Program-made: the position numbers and the translations under genes
Assembly (NCBI GenBank): GCA_047495785.1
Contig: JBLDXI010000029.1
Coordinates: forward strand, 62,001-126,000
Direction of reading: 5' to 3'
DNA from: Lepidodermella squamata
Lineage: Eukaryota; Animalia; Gastrotricha
Length of the DNA: 64,000 bases
The notes under the pieces: generated by a model
The model's input: only the letters and a program-made list of their open reading frames with translations
The model's database searches: none
What the model was told of the DNA's origin: nothing
Shown here: positions 10,886 through 22,523 of the stretch, in pieces
Layout: each line of letters starts with the position of its first letter
How positions within the stretch are numbered: the first letter of the stretch is position 1

Positions 10886-13800
10886 ATGAATTTTTCAAAT
10901 TATTGCAATCCTTTCCTGGTGCTGATTTGGATCTGCGCTTTGTTTGCGTTGTTGCAATCGCATCAAACAACGGCGCAGAACTGCGATGACTACGTGCCGT
11001 ACATAGTCGATTTGTCAGCCGGTTCGCCGATCGAAGAAACCGAAGGCCTTATCAAGCAATATTTCGGTAATTTTTCCAACTTTTTCGATTCGTGCAAAAT
11101 TTATTTTCGAATTTATAGACGCGTTAGAACATGCGATAACGACTGCGAAACGCAATGCAACTCGATCTTCTGCTCAAGTATTTAATTTAAAACATGATAG
11201 TGAATCCCAGAAATTTATAACGTATTTTTGCCTCAAATTTAGAGTCGATCAACGCCAACAGCGTCGAACACTCAGCTGTCGGCGAGTATCGGCAACGCGA
11301 TGGCGCGGGCGTACTGCAACCGGCCCATGTTCCGCCTGCCGCGCCTCAGCCAGGTGAGTCGCAGCAACGCCGCCGCCGGCGCTTCGGCCGTGTCGCGACT
11401 CGCCTCGCCGTTGTGCGGCTTCGAGATCCAGAAGAGCGCGTGCCAACTGCTGAGCGCGTTCAACGACGGCCGCGTCTTCCTGTCGCCGTTCGACCTCGAC
11501 GAGCTCGTCAGCAACGAAACGCGCGGCTCGGCGTGGCACCGCAACTCACCCCTAGTCTCCATCGTCCGCCTCTGTGTCGGCCTTAAAGCGTAAGTTTCAC
11601 GAAAAAAAAACGTTTCAAAATACCTTACCACCGTTATTTTCGAACGACCGACCCCGAGGCCTACAAAATGGGAGGAGCCCAATGGGAAAAAGTATGCAAG
11701 AGAGGGTTCTGAGAATCAGCCCCGTAGAATTTATTGACATCATTTGCGGGAAGAAGGCTTGAAACATGATATTGTCTAGCTAGGTTAAACAGCTGAACTG
11801 AATTTCGAGACTTGCTAACAGCAAACGTCATTTGTTATTTAGAACTGCATGAATCATTGTGATGTGCTGTATTTTTCTGCGCAGCATTTTTTTCTACCTA
11901 ATACCTGTAACGGAGGCGTATTTAGAAAATCGTGATTGGCTAAATTGCTTTCATAATATGCTTTGATATTTGATTGCAGGATGACAAAGTACGAATCAGC
12001 TGAGACGTGCATCGGGTCGATAATTCTCGAGAAGCTGACGCTGCTCGTGAACGACTACAGCACCTTCCGGACAGCAGCGACTGGCGGTGCTGCAGCTGCG
12101 GCGGCGGCGGCGGCTGCGAATGACGACAGCGGCAGTGTAGCGCAGTCGCAACCGGCGAACCAGCGCGGCGTCGGCGGCGGCAGCGTGTCGCTGTACTACG
12201 GCAACCGGTACATCACGGTGAAGGCGATCCTGAAGAACTTCGGCTACGCGTCGGCGGGCACGGCCGTCGAGCACGACACCGGCAACGCCGTCGACCTGCT
12301 GTGCGGCGCGTCGGCCGGCGTCGACTCGGGCGCCGAGCGCAACTGCTCCGCCCTCGCCGCGCTCTGCATGGGCGCGTCTGCGTCGACGGTGGTGACGCAG
12401 GCGGAGAACACGGGCTGCGGCGCCGTGCGCAGCCCCCTGCAGTCCGTGCACTGCGCCTTCTTCTACCGGCCCGTCCTCAACCTCGCCAACATGTCCGTCG
12501 TACAGGTGGGCGAGGCGATCCGCGCGCACTACGAACCGCTCGACCGCGAAGCCCAGGCCGTTATCAAGGACGCCGTCACGACAGCGGTTGAAACGGCTAA
12601 AACTCAGGTGAGCGAAAAGCTAAAGAGTTTTGCTTAATGGGAGTTGGTTTGAATCACGAGGAAATATTTGACTGAGTTGGAACCGCAATCTAATTGTTCG
12701 CTCTTTGCCCTCAGAATTTGAGTGCGGCCGAGGCGATGGGCCTAGTGAAGGCGGCGATGGTGCCGAAGATGTACAACCTGATCGTGGAGTCGTACGAGCG
12801 CGGGCTGACGTTCAACGTGAGCACGATGCCGCGGCGCAACTACCCGGTGCAGTTCAAGAAAATCGGCTTCCGCATCGCGTCGGGCGGCAACGGCGCCGCC
12901 AGCATCGACAACATCCTGCAGCGCACGCGCCGCCAGGCCGCCGACCGCATCGAGTGTCGTAAGTTCACTTTTCATCCTTAAAATTGTCAATCTTTAGAAA
13001 ACATCATTGTTAACAGCGTCTGCTTCGGTTGAAATGGCGAAACGGCTGCTGGAGATGTACAGCGTAGGCGGGCGCATCGTCTTTCTGCCGTACATGTTCA
13101 CCAAGTACAACTTGACGTCCATCTACGAGACCGTGAATGCGACCCTCGCCAGCGGCGGCAGCGCCACGACTACGACGCCGGCTGACGAGTCGGCGAAAAA
13201 GTTTGTCAACGCCAAGGCCGCCCTACGCTTTCAGATCAACGGCGCGGCGGTGCGGGCGTCACGTGACGGCTCAACCACATCGGCAGCGACCTCGTCGTCG
13301 TCGGCAGAGGCTGACGCAGCTGCGACCACAGCTGCGGCTGCGACGGAGACAAAAGGGTACGACGCGCTGGAGAACATCGTTCGCATGTCTTACGGCTACA
13401 AGGCGTACAACAGCGACGGCTCGCTGACGTGCATCTCCTACGAGACGCTGTTCGGCATCCAGAAAATGGCGACCGCCTTCTACGACAAGTACCAGCAACC
13501 CATCTACGTGAGTATCTTTTAAGCCTGAGAATTCCCAATTCAATGCCACGAAGTAGTAGTGTTTTACTGATGAGTTTCCAAGCTTAATCCGGAGCTATGG
13601 AGATCCGAGGTTCAGCATTTGGGGACTTCAGCCTTGGAAAAGACCCATTTCAGCCTATTAATTTGAAGAGTTTTGAAATTTTATCAGGAGAATCGAAGCA
13701 ATTTCTTTGCCTCGATGAGAAACTTTTCACATTTTCAAGAAAATGCTAATATTTTTGTTGCCTTTGTTATTACAGATCGCGTCGTTGTCGGGCACAGAGT

Positions 13801-14105
13801 ACCACCGCGGGTCGGCGGAGGCGGGCACGCACTTTGACGGCGTGGCGGTCGACGCGCTGTGCGGTCTAGTCTACCGGCGCAATACGGGCGCCGGGGCAGC
13901 AGCCGTAGCGGGTGCGGCGGGTGCGGCGGCGGCGGCCGGCGAGCAGGACCGCAACCTGTACTGCTCGGAGCTGGCGAGCGGCTGCTACCAGACGGCCATG
14001 TTCGCGCGCGCCGAGCTCGGCTCGACGAGTTCGTGCCTCGCCAGCAGCGTGCTGCAGCTCTTCGGCACCGTGCACTGCCGGTCGCGCTCATCGGCGAGGA
14101 GATAG
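10886..14105 (+). CDS. Secreted protein of about 759 aa with two Hedgehog/DD-peptidase (peptidase M15/LAS)-like domains. Exons 10886-11066, 11119-11177, 11243-11589, 11980-12607, 12715-12958, 13017-13507, 13776-14105
   Basis: Seven exons join in frame at GT-AG sites. Signal-peptide-like N-terminus (PFLVLIWICALFALLQSHQTTAQ). Duplicated motifs HDTGNAVD...SVHC and HFDGVAVD...TVHC. The gene model is more secure than the domain call. Confidence 0.7.
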
Positions 14106-15220
14106 CAGCCTCTCAGCCTGATAGCAGCCAGTGGTGTCTCGACATCCCCGTGATAGTAAAATAGCTTGCTGTCTATTATCGTAAATTATTATCGTGTTAA
14201 CACGCGCAGCAACACCGAACAATCTCCGTATTTTGGCTCTTTCGTGTTCTCTCATTTGCTGGTGTTGTTGTTGCCGATTTGTCGAACAACTCGTTGTGCG
14301 TGTACTGTGTGTGTGTGTGTACTTCAAACTTCAAACATCTATTTGTTGTCGTGTCGTGATGAGATGCTGTGAGATGCCCATGCGATGATTTATTTTCATT
14401 TCAAAAAAATCTGCCGACGATAGCGATTATATGTAGCCGAAAGAGGAGTGGGCTGTGTGGTGATTAAGGCTATAGGTATATTATAATGCTGTGTGTTAAA
14501 CTTTGGACACGACGACCAATTGATGATGATGATGATGATGATGATGTGATGCGACGTGATGGAGTTGACCTGATGATTATCTTTGTATCGACAAACAATG
14601 AGTCAATGCTTCAATTTTTTATCGTTCATATTGTTTATTTTGGATAAATCTTCAACGAGATGACCCAATAAAACTTTGATTTCATCATAAAATTAGTTTC
14701 CAGTGCTGCGGGATGTTGAAGATCCTATTTCTATTATTTTGCGGAGCTAGTAAAAGCTGCCTAAATTGTCTAGCCAACTTCTATTAATCATAGCAGCGGA
14801 CCGACATGGCAGAAAATTTCCAATATTTAGTATAGTACAGGGTGTCTCATAGGTAGCGCAACCAGTAAGTTGTCTAAAATTGCCGAGGCGATTTCCGGTC
14901 CGAGGATGTTTGAAATTCCACGATCAACTATGGAAATAGTCAAACAGAATGCAAAATCTTGTTGTGATAAGTAAAATACCGGAAATTACTCAACCTTTCC
15001 CAACAAGTTTTTTTTAGGCATTTCTCCGCGAAATTGTAGAGAAGGGCAGAGAAGTAAAAAAATCAATTTCTCATAAAATTACCAATAAATTCAAATGAAT
15101 ATTATGTAAACGGAGTCCATAAGGCTATAAATATTTTGGAAAATGTTTCGAAATGCTTCATGCTAACATTAAGACAGGGTCGCAAATTAAAGGTACGCGC
15201 TTTTGGTTACCGATAAGTTA

Positions 15221-15763
15221 TCATTGGATGAGAAAAGAGGGTGAGGGTAAGTTTGGTTTTGCATTTTGCCGCTTGCAGCTGATATTTCGACCGCACCAAG
15301 TTTTAGTCAACGAATGGCAGTTGGGACAAAGAAGCCGCAGATTCGATATATCATTGTTTTTGCGATCCCCATCAATGTGATCAAGTTGAGTTACGAGTCT
15401 CGAGGACCATTCCTCTGTCATTTCCAAGTTATCGTTTAGCTGCCAGGGGCAACCGAAATGGTGATCCAAGGTAATACCATCGATAGGTGTCACCAAATCT
15501 CGGTTGAACAGTCCCATGCATGAAATGTCTGAGATGACTTTCTTGTGAAGTGATATTCTGATGTAGGCTCTCTTGATAATAGCTAAACATGGTTCTTTCT
15601 CATTTGATGCGTACACGCGAAGCAAGGCTAAGCATTTCTCGAGTGATTTTTTAGGCCGGGCTTTTTGTAGCGATGCTTGGCCAGTCTGAATGGAAGGTGG
15701 ATCTTCTTTAATGGCCAATTCGCCCAACGGCAGTATAAGCTCTAAAAAGTCCTCGTTCGGCAT
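15221..15763 (-). CDS. Intronless HNH endonuclease-domain ORF (180 aa)
   Basis: C-terminal LDHIDGDRKNNDISNLRLLCPNCHSLTKTWCGRN is a canonical HNH motif with CxxCH. Expression is not shown by the sequence. Confidence 0.65.
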   Translation of the reverse strand: MPNEDFLELILPLGELAIKEDPPSIQTGQASLQKARPKKSLEKCLALLRVYASNEKEPCLAIIKRAYIRISLHKKVISDISCMGLFNRDLVTPIDGITLDHHFGCPWQLNDNLEMTEEWSSRLVTQLDHIDGDRKNNDISNLRLLCPNCHSLTKTWCGRNISCKRQNAKPNLPSPSFLIQ

Positions 15764-16086
15764 ATTCTACTGACAACTAGCTGACGAGATGGTAACGAAA
15801 TATATTTCAGCGTCGTATAGATAGGTGAAGAGACACTCGCAGCTGTTGATGATTCATTGTTTGCCATGGTGCATGACTCATCTGACCAACATAAAACATA
15901 ACAGCTCTAGCTGTAGCACTCTCGCTGTCGATAAAGAAAAAAAGCACTCGAGAACAATGGCGGCAATCACGCTGTTTATTCAAGAAACTAATTATTTAAG
16001 AAAATGTTCACCATTTTTATGTATTTTATATATTCTTTCCTTGGTGTTATCATTCGCAACTAAACAGCCCAACAAGTAAAATAAAA

Positions 16087-17235
16087 TTAATCGCTAGATT
16101 CTAAACAATTGCCCAGCATACAGTCGAACGAGAGGTCTTCCTCGAAGCCGCTGAAATCCTCCAGCCAAACATTCCTCAAATCAATACCCGGCGTGATTTT
16201 CGTCGCCGCGTCCCCGCGGTCTCGAGGCACGCAGTAACAGCACTCGTCCGGAATAACGCCTTCTTCGATGAGATTCGCAACTTTATCAACAGTCCGCGAC
16301 AACTCAGTCATCGATTTGCATCGCGCGAACACGTCTCGCCACTCGGGACGAGTAGCCAAAATCGGGTATAGAAATTTGAACAGATGACCTCGAACCCAGC
16401 CCAACGGGGTGTACGACACCGTGCCATATTGGTTATCCTCTAACTGAAGCTGTTCGACTATAGTCAAATACTCGCGCGTTATGTCGATAATTTTCGGCGG
16501 ATTCGACTCGTGCTCTTTACTGTACAAAGTCGGAACGTGGAGAATCGTTTCAGCACTCATAACCGCGTTCGCTCCGGTTTGTTGCATGCAATCGTCGATG
16601 TCAGAGTAGTATCTGATATTGCCATTCGCAATCACCGGAACTTCGGGCACATTCTCTCGAATTAGTTTAATCTGTTCCCAGCTAGCCATGCCTGTCAACG
16701 CACCTCGCTGCGCTCGAGTTCGACCGTGAACGGCTATCATTCCTATACCGGCTCGCACCAACATTTTTGCGTATTCAACCGACCGAGCCGGATCGTCGAA
16801 TATCCTAATTTTTGCTGTTACAGGTACTGGAATGTTACGCCGGGTTGTTTGAATTATATCCGTAATCAGATCCCACTGCTCCGACATGAAAGCGCCGTAT
16901 TTGCCTCGACGAGCCATCTCCTGCGGACAGCCGAGGTTGATGTCGACTGCTGAGCATTTGCAGCGGCACGCGACTTCGGCAGCGCGCGAAAATAAAGCTG
17001 CATCGTTAGCCGCCAGCTGAACAATTAGCGGCGAGTCGTTTGAAGAATCTATATTGAATAATTGATATTTAGGGTCTCGCACTAGGACTTGAGCGTGGAG
17101 CATTTGTGTGTAGGCAAGGTCGCAGCCGTACTTGCGGCACAGTATCCGGAAAGCCAGGTCACTTCGCTCTATCATCGGCGCAAGCACCGTTCTCGGCGAT
17201 CCGATGCTTTCCCACCACGTCCAGCTGTCCATCAT
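16087..17235 (-). CDS. DUS1L: tRNA-dihydrouridine synthase 1-like (382 aa, single coding exon)
   Basis: Motifs VLAPM, YTQMLHA, PLIVQLAAND, DINLGCPQ..ARRGKYGAF (catalytic Cys), VTAKIRI, VHGRTRAQRG, IANGNI and VMSAE. Confidence 0.92.
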   Translation of the reverse strand: MMDSWTWWESIGSPRTVLAPMIERSDLAFRILCRKYGCDLAYTQMLHAQVLVRDPKYQLFNIDSSNDSPLIVQLAANDAALFSRAAEVACRCKCSAVDINLGCPQEMARRGKYGAFMSEQWDLITDIIQTTRRNIPVPVTAKIRIFDDPARSVEYAKMLVRAGIGMIAVHGRTRAQRGALTGMASWEQIKLIRENVPEVPVIANGNIRYYSDIDDCMQQTGANAVMSAETILHVPTLYSKEHESNPPKIIDITREYLTIVEQLQLEDNQYGTVSYTPLGWVRGHLFKFLYPILATRPEWRDVFARCKSMTELSRTVDKVANLIEEGVIPDECCYCVPRDRGDAATKITPGIDLRNVWLEDFSGFEEDLSFDCMLGNCLESSD

Positions 17236-17395
17236 GAAGTTAAATGCCTATAATAAAAAGTATTTTAACCGTCTGAGCAAAGTTAGCAGTGAGTATCTAG
17301 TAATATTAAACTCATAGCTATGGTAAAATTGTGAAATTAAGCCAGTTTTTCTTCAAATTGTGCTCAGACTAGATTTCTGGCGATCACGGTCTTTC

Positions 17396-17832
17396 TACAT
17401 ACTGGGGTGACTTTGGGCAGTGGGGTCACTTCGGCGTACCGAAATGGGGTGACTTTGACGTACGAAAAATCAAAGATGGTAAGGTAAATACTAAATACCT
17501 CGCGAGTGGGGTACCATTGGTTAGCCTGGAGGAAATCCAGTCTGAAAATGGCATAAGATTTCAATTCTGATCAGACGGCTTCAGTTGGGCAGTCACCAAA
17601 GTTTGAGTAATTAAAATTCGTATTTTTCTCAAAACTTCACCTATGATTATGTCCTCAGATGGGGTGCATTGATGTGCATTGTACACATCCAGGCTGGCCT
17701 TTCCTTGGGCTATCCAACGATACCCCACTCGCAGGGTATTCACCCAACAATCTTTGATTTTTGATACGCCAAAGTCACCCCATTTTGGTACGTCGAAATG
17801 ACCCCACTGCCCAAAGTCACCCCAGTTGACGG
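17396..17832. mobile_element. MITE with long (about 150 bp) imperfect terminal inverted repeats, possibly Tc1/mariner-pogo type
   Basis: Left arm ACTGGGGTGACTTTGGGCAGTGGGGTCA...AAAAATCAAAGAT from 17401 is mirrored by ATCTTTGATTTTTG...TGACCCCACTGCCCAAAGTCACCCCAGT ending about 17826. The right end is followed by TA; the left tip is degenerate; no coding capacity. Confidence 0.8.
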
Positions 17833-18552
17833 TAGGGCCCGAGTAGACGCCGATTATCTACCATAAAAGATACACATGCGAAACCAAATGTAATTGAACA
17901 TCAAGATATACTAGATTTTCCATGGGCAAAGCAAATAGAAATGATGAAATTATTGAATCATCCAATGCTACACATGCTGAATAAAACAGCATGTAAAATT
18001 AACGACAATATCATATGAACAAAATATGACGTCACTTTTCAAAATCAAAGTGACAATGGTTCTTCTTAAATAGCTTCTAAATGAACGTTCAGTGCCCTCA
18101 GGCTGGCATGCCCTGTAAATGTCAAATGGTTTTCAATAAAGCATGATTGAAGAATGTCGGCAAATACTCCGATTTCCGATGCAGTGGAATCACAGAGTAC
18201 AGCGCCGATTCTTTCTTCAATGATTTCGTAAAAGCTGGTACTTGGCTCCATCTATGCATGGATTCATCTTCGGCACTTGGCAACCCTAGAAAGAATCAAG
18301 GACCCACAACCAAAACCATGAACGCACAAAAAACCGCCGAAAAGCTGACCGCTGACAAAACTGCGACTCCACTCTCCCTTATTCGCGGGTAAAGTCACGT
18401 GGAAAAAATTACTAATCATCAAAAAAATTCATCAATGCATGAATGGTATTATATAATTGAAGCAACTTTTGAGGTGAAAAACTTTTTAACATTTCAGCCA
18501 CGTGACCTGATGCTCGCATGGCCTTTGGCAAGTAATCAGCTGGTTTAACCTC

Positions 18553-18608
18553 AGAATGCTCTCGAGTTCTTGTCATGTCGGCGTGCTCTTACTGTCTGGA
18601 ATGTTCCA
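18553..18608. promoter_or_regulatory. Candidate heat-shock elements upstream of HSP10
   Basis: Inverted nGAAn arrays aGAAtgCTCtcGAGt (about 18553) and tGTCtgGAAtgTTCc (about 18593), 210-270 bp upstream of the HSP10 ATG. Confidence 0.45.
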
Positions 18609-18818
18609 TGAATCAGCTGATCGACGTTAAATACAGTCGCTTTACTGAGTTTTGCTCGAGATCAACGCTTAGGGTGCCTATTGATGAAGGCTGATAATTG
18701 TGCGCACATAATCCCCATTGACACAAGTGCCCTATCCTTTCCTTTCGGAACTTGACAAGTACCATTTTCATTTTTTGAACAGATTCATTAGTTATTATTA
18801 TTTCCCTGTCCCATTTAA

Positions 18819-19124
18819 ATGGCTGCAAAGAACCTGAAGAAGCTTATTCCGTTTTTTGACCGCGTGCTGGTTGAACGCGTGTTGCCGGAAACCAAGACCA
18901 AGGCTGGTATTATGATTCCAGATAAGGCGGCTGGTAAGACTCAAGAAGGAACCGTTGTGGCTGTTGGACCTGGCTCTCGTCTCAGCAACGGCACCGTTGT
19001 GCCCGTCGCGGTTAAAGTAGGCGACACTGTTATGGTCCCTGAATACGGCGGCACAAAGATTACCATGAATGAGAAGGAGTTCTTCCTGTTCCGCGAAAGC
19101 GATATCCTTGGCAAGCTTGAATAA
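18819..19124 (+). CDS. HSPE1: Mitochondrial 10 kDa chaperonin (HSP10), 101 aa, no intron in the CDS
   Basis: Motifs KLIPFFDRVLVER, KTKAGIMIP, GTVVAVGPG, VKVGDTVMVPEYGGTKI and FLFRESDILGKL. Confidence 0.97.
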   Translation: MAAKNLKKLIPFFDRVLVERVLPETKTKAGIMIPDKAAGKTQEGTVVAVGPGSRLSNGTVVPVAVKVGDTVMVPEYGGTKITMNEKEFFLFRESDILGKLE

Positions 19125-19497
19125 ACAAAGTTGAAAACCCTACGTAGTAATCCCGTGATTTAAAATTGTTGTGTCTTCGATTGTCCTTAGTCATCATGTT
19201 TATAAAACGCTCAATTCGCTCAAATAAAGTAGGTCTTTTAACTTGTGACTCGTGTGATTTACTACTTGTGAGCAGTTGGTGCTAGAATTGTTCGAATTGC
19301 AAAGTTGAACCGAAATGATTGAAAACGATATTTACATGTGTAAATACTGTGCCGAATTTTTACACGATATTGTTGTGAATTCAAAATAGCCTTACTGAGG
19401 AACTTATCTGATAGGTAGATCTATGTAATGAAGGAGAAATACAACGGATATTTATTTGTTTTGCAGTTTAGAAGTTTGATTTTATATGTAAATATTT

Positions 19498-21072
19498 ATG
19501 CACCACTCGTCGGAGGACATCAGCTATAGCAAAAAGCTATCATCACTTGAGGTTGATGGCTATTGGCCGAGGTTACCATTGATCTTCCACTGGAATAAAT
19601 GTTCCATTGAATTGTTATCACGTGCCGAGGAGCAACTTTTGGCAACAGCTAACACCCCGCATTCAGTGCGATATGTGCCTCTTCGCGACGCGGGCCGCCA
19701 GATTTGGACGCTGAGTGTCGAGCCGGAATCATCAGCTCGCAACTTATCGACGCGCTTTCAGCAACAACCCAGCTGCATCCATGAAGGTGCAACTCCGCTG
19801 GTTTTGCTGCATGGTTTGGGCGGCGGGGTTGGTCTATGGGTGCTGAATATCGCCTCGCTATCAAGACATCGCCGGGTCTATGCGATCGATCTACTCGGAT
19901 TTGGCAAGAGCAGCCGATGCCATTTCAGCTCAGAACCGAGCGTTGCCGAAATCGAATGGGTGGAGTCGATTGAAGAGTGGCGAGTGTCGATGGGCCTCGA
20001 CACTATCAATTTACTCGGCCATGGTCTTGGTGGGTTTTTAGCTGCGTCTTACGCCATGAGGTACCCGAAACGAGTGAAGCGGCTGATCCTGGTCGAACCG
20101 TGGGGCATCGCGGAGCGGCCGGCGAATTTCGATGGAGAGCCGCTGACGCTGCCGTTCTGGGTGCGGGCGGTGTCGGCGATCACGCGCCCGTTCAACCCGC
20201 TGATCAGCATTCGACTGGCCGGGCCGTGGGCGCCGACGATCCTGCGGCGGTTGCGGCCGGACCTGGGCGAGAAGTTCGGCCACGGCTACGCGTGCGGCTC
20301 CGACATCGTCTACGACTACATCTACCAGTGCAACGCGCAGTCGCCGGCGACGGGCGAAACCGCCTTCTGCGCCTTGTCCGACTCGTTCGGCTGGGCACTC
20401 AATCCGATCAGTGCCCGCATTGGCAGATTACCCATCACGGTTAGTTACTTTCATGTTTCATTCGAATTTCGATGTTTATCAATCTTATGAGGCCTCGAAA
20501 TATTCAAATTAGCGTCCAAAATATTGCTTAAAATTTAAATCTGGGTACCATAAGAAGTTCTCAAAATTACAGAATTTTACATCTCAGAAAAGCAGGACTT
20601 TTGTCCAGATGAGCCTCCCAAGTTCCAAGGCGAAATATTTGAAATTTGCCGTTACTAAAGGAAAAACTAATGTGTTGTTGTTTGTTGAGTGCAGGTGCCG
20701 ATCACGGTGATTCACGGCGCGCGGTCGTGGCTGGACGCGGGCACGGGCGAGTTGATCGCACGGGCGCGGGCGGCGCACCTGGCGGCGCAGGGCACCATCT
20801 CGGCGTCGGCGCCGGTCGACTCGTGGTCGCCGCCGGCCAAGCTCATGTCGGGCCGCGTCGACGTGCACATCCTGCCACAGGCCGGCCACCACGTCTACTC
20901 GGACCAGGCGCCCATGTTCAACGAGCTGCTGAACCGGCTGCTGGGCGACGACGACGCAGCTGCTGCCGCCCCATCGTCTGGCACTTCGAGCCACTCTTCA
21001 TCTTCGGCGACGCACAAACCGACGGCGCATTCGCCCACCGGAGCCACTAGCAGCAGTAGTTGGCTCGCGTGA
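19498..21072 (+). CDS. ABHD4/ABHD5(CGI-58)-family alpha/beta hydrolase. Exons 19498-20439, 20695-21072 (about 439 aa; start codon uncertain)
   Basis: Motifs PLVLLHGLGGGVGLW, VYAIDLLGFGKSSR, ESIEEWR, LLGHGLGGFLA, LILVEPWG, YIYQCNAQSPATGETAF, VPITVIHGARSWLD and AGHHVYSD. Confidence 0.9.
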
Positions 21073-22523
21073 AGATACTGTTGCCCCTCCCACATATCTA
21101 TATTATGCATTTTTACCCCCTGAACTACTTAACGTATTCGTCTTGTTATTGTATTCGTCGCACCAATGGTCTACTCTATTGTCTTCCTGCAACTTGACCT
21201 TCCTCGTCTCTTATTATGCATCGACTCGTGATGATTTTTATTTTGTTGAAGTACTCGTTGTTGTTTTGATTGCTGCTGCTGCTGCTGCTGCTATACTGTT
21301 CTTTCAAGCATGTTTCAAGCATGGCCAATTCGCGAACCGATGATGCCTTTTTGACTCCGGTGTTTTTTCTTTTCGAAAAATTTCTATTATGTCAAAATGA
21401 TAGTGTTGAGCAGTAATTGAGTGGGCGGAAAAGCAATAAAATGACGCGGTTGTTCACACTTTGTAGCTTTTTCATTTTAGAGTCGGGTAAGCGGATTCAA
21501 TTCGCGTTCAGATTCAAGCTTCGAATTGACGTGATGCCAGATCCAAGCTCGCTGTAGTCTGCTTCTCACATTTCAGGGCTTTTTCTGAGGACGAAATACT
21601 TGCAGGCGTGAAGCCTGACATGGCGAGTGATATTCCGCACAACTCCATAATCCAGGCCAAAATCCACGATTAGGGGAACGCCGAGTATTGAAAGTTACTT
21701 GGGTTTGCTCCCGTGATCGTGATGAGTCGAGCTGCTATTATTTGTAAAATAACTTCGAACTTCGAAGCCTGAGCCCTACCGAGACGGATTCTCAACACCG
21801 ACACAAAGCAGCAACATCATCACGTGCAGAAAAGTTGAGTCTTTACTCACTTGGCAAATGGGGATTCGATGCCGCTGTGAACTATCTATTTTACTTTCAA
21901 ACGCAGTTACCAACTAGCACCAGGAATATTTAGTGTAAATATTGTCAAAAATATAGTATCATTCAAATCTGCTTCAGTTCTGAATATTGATATTTGCACC
22001 CTACCTGCACTCCCCGTGCTCGGCGACCTCGGGTTGGCATGCACGCGCCTATTCGAATGGTTATTCAAATAAAACATGGAACGCACTAGTTGATAGACAC
22101 GGACAGGCTCAAGACCACAAATTAATTGATGGCGGTCATTGACAAACTTCGGCACCAAGCTGCATTTTCGCATTAAATAATGGTTCTAAAAATGTAACTA
22201 AAGCGAAGCAAGTGGCTTGCGGGCCTCGAGGTCACTATTGTAATGTCGAAGTATGTCATCAGAGGCGATGAAACGCAAAAGAACGAGGTTTGGACTTACC
22301 AGCCAAAACGGCTGGTCGGTTTTATTTAATTTTCTCAAGTTTCATTCAAGTTTCGCATCGTACAAAAAGCCGTACAACAAAAGCGAGTGAGAGGGAGAGA
22401 GAGAATAGTTTTTGTATAAGTAATATGAATGTTTGTTGATTTGAAAGCAGCGTTATTTGAAAATATCATCTTCACTTGATCTCGATTTCTTCTAGAATGT
22501 TCGCATTCAATCCTATAGCAATG

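Noticed and set aside
14836-14865. TA-CAGGGTGTC as a Tc1/mariner end carrying the HNH ORF
   Set aside because: No matching inverted end was found on the other side of the ORF.
18066-18392. Short ORFs upstream of HSP10 as an HSP60 fragment or small gene
   Set aside because: No chaperonin or other recognisable motif and no coherent spliced model.
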